DNA of 64,000 bases from Azolla caroliniana (lineage: Eukaryota > Plantae > Polypodiophyta). The notes under the pieces are model-generated. The model was not told the DNA's origin. It made no database searches and was given only the letters and a program-made list of their open reading frames with translations. The position numbers were made by a program, and so were the translations under genes. This document shows positions 63,201 through 64,000 of the stretch, one piece after another. The stretch lies in NCBI GenBank assembly GCA_043228905.1, contig JBHGNT010000001.1, forward strand, positions 27,156,001 to 27,220,000, written 5' to 3'. Within the stretch, counting starts at the first letter, position 1. Each line of letters starts with the position of its first letter.

Positions 63201-64000
63201 GTAATTCTCCTTAATGTTAGGCATCGTTCTTTCGAAATAAATAGGGCATTTAAATTCTCCCGAAACTAAAAATAAAATTATGCAAACCATACTAGCTAGT
63301 GGTTATGATTTGTAGTTTATATTGTCAGAATATCTACTTCTAACTCATGTGTTTGATGTGTCGAGAGAATAGGTGGTACTTGTTCATATGCCACACTTAC
63401 ATAACAAGGTCACCTTCACAATTAACGCAAAATTTTCAATCATGGACAAATCCTCTTTTCCATGTAGGTTAGTAAAAGCTATATTGTCCTAAAACTAGAG
63501 TTATGGATATATGTGCATCCCAAAGCCAAGGGCAATTTACTTAGTGGGAACCATTGTGAAAAGGGCTCTTGAAGAGTTTGTTGCCACTTAAGGAGTATGC
63601 CTTCTTGTGGAACTGTTTGCTTAGAGTATTATTTGTAGGAATTATGATTCTAGATCTAAATATCTCATTTGCCACTTCTAAATGAGCAATGTTCTATTTG
63701 TGTTGTCTTCATACTCTCTAAATTGTATGGGAGGATGGTGTGACAATTTGAGCAACATTCTTACTATGACCATTTCTTGCCTCTTAACTACGATATCTTT
63801 TATACACAAACTACATTAATCAAGGATTGTCAATGGGGAGATGAACCATGGAATTGGTAGAAACTTAACACAACACGAAAAATTACACTATTTTACATCA
63901 ATTGACATAGAGTCGTCAAATAATTGATACACAAGTAATAGAGGACATATATTACACCTCCATGTTTCTCTCTCTTTACCATTGCTCCATTAGGTGACTT

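Noticed and set aside
61500-64000. AT-rich ORF-free tail of the window
   Set aside because: Probably old retroelement debris, but no motif is clear enough to call.

Overview
AT-rich, intron-containing land-plant nuclear DNA; no prokaryotic or CRISPR features. A fern origin is inferred, not shown, from the style of the PLS-class PPR and the LINE families. Six protein-coding genes are supported: a 10-exon PTB1/2-type polypyrimidine tract-binding protein (+, 1016-6877); an intronless EMS1/EXS LRR receptor kinase (+, 30198-34118); a PLS-E PPR protein lacking DYW (-, 35568-38204); a PRELI/MSF1 lipid-transfer protein (+, 43037-43594); an unrecognised membrane-anchored coiled-coil protein (-, 51679-52866); and a GT-2-type trihelix factor (-, 57955-59289). 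There is also an intact tRNA-Trp(CCA) at 57005-57076. Intergenic DNA holds a resolvable transposon nest (RTE LINE interrupted by an L1-type LINE and a hAT element, both with target-site duplications), two copies of a 280-bp hAT MITE, a ~330-bp foldback, a 3x207-bp tandem array, decayed LTR/LINE debris and many microsatellites. The best unexplained signals are candidate poison exons and a pyrimidine-rich repeat array in the PTB gene, a series of start-codon-mimicking short ORFs upstream of the PPR, an RTE 3' stem-loop tied to microsatellites, and the orphan coiled-coil protein. No clearly new biological system can be established from the sequence alone.
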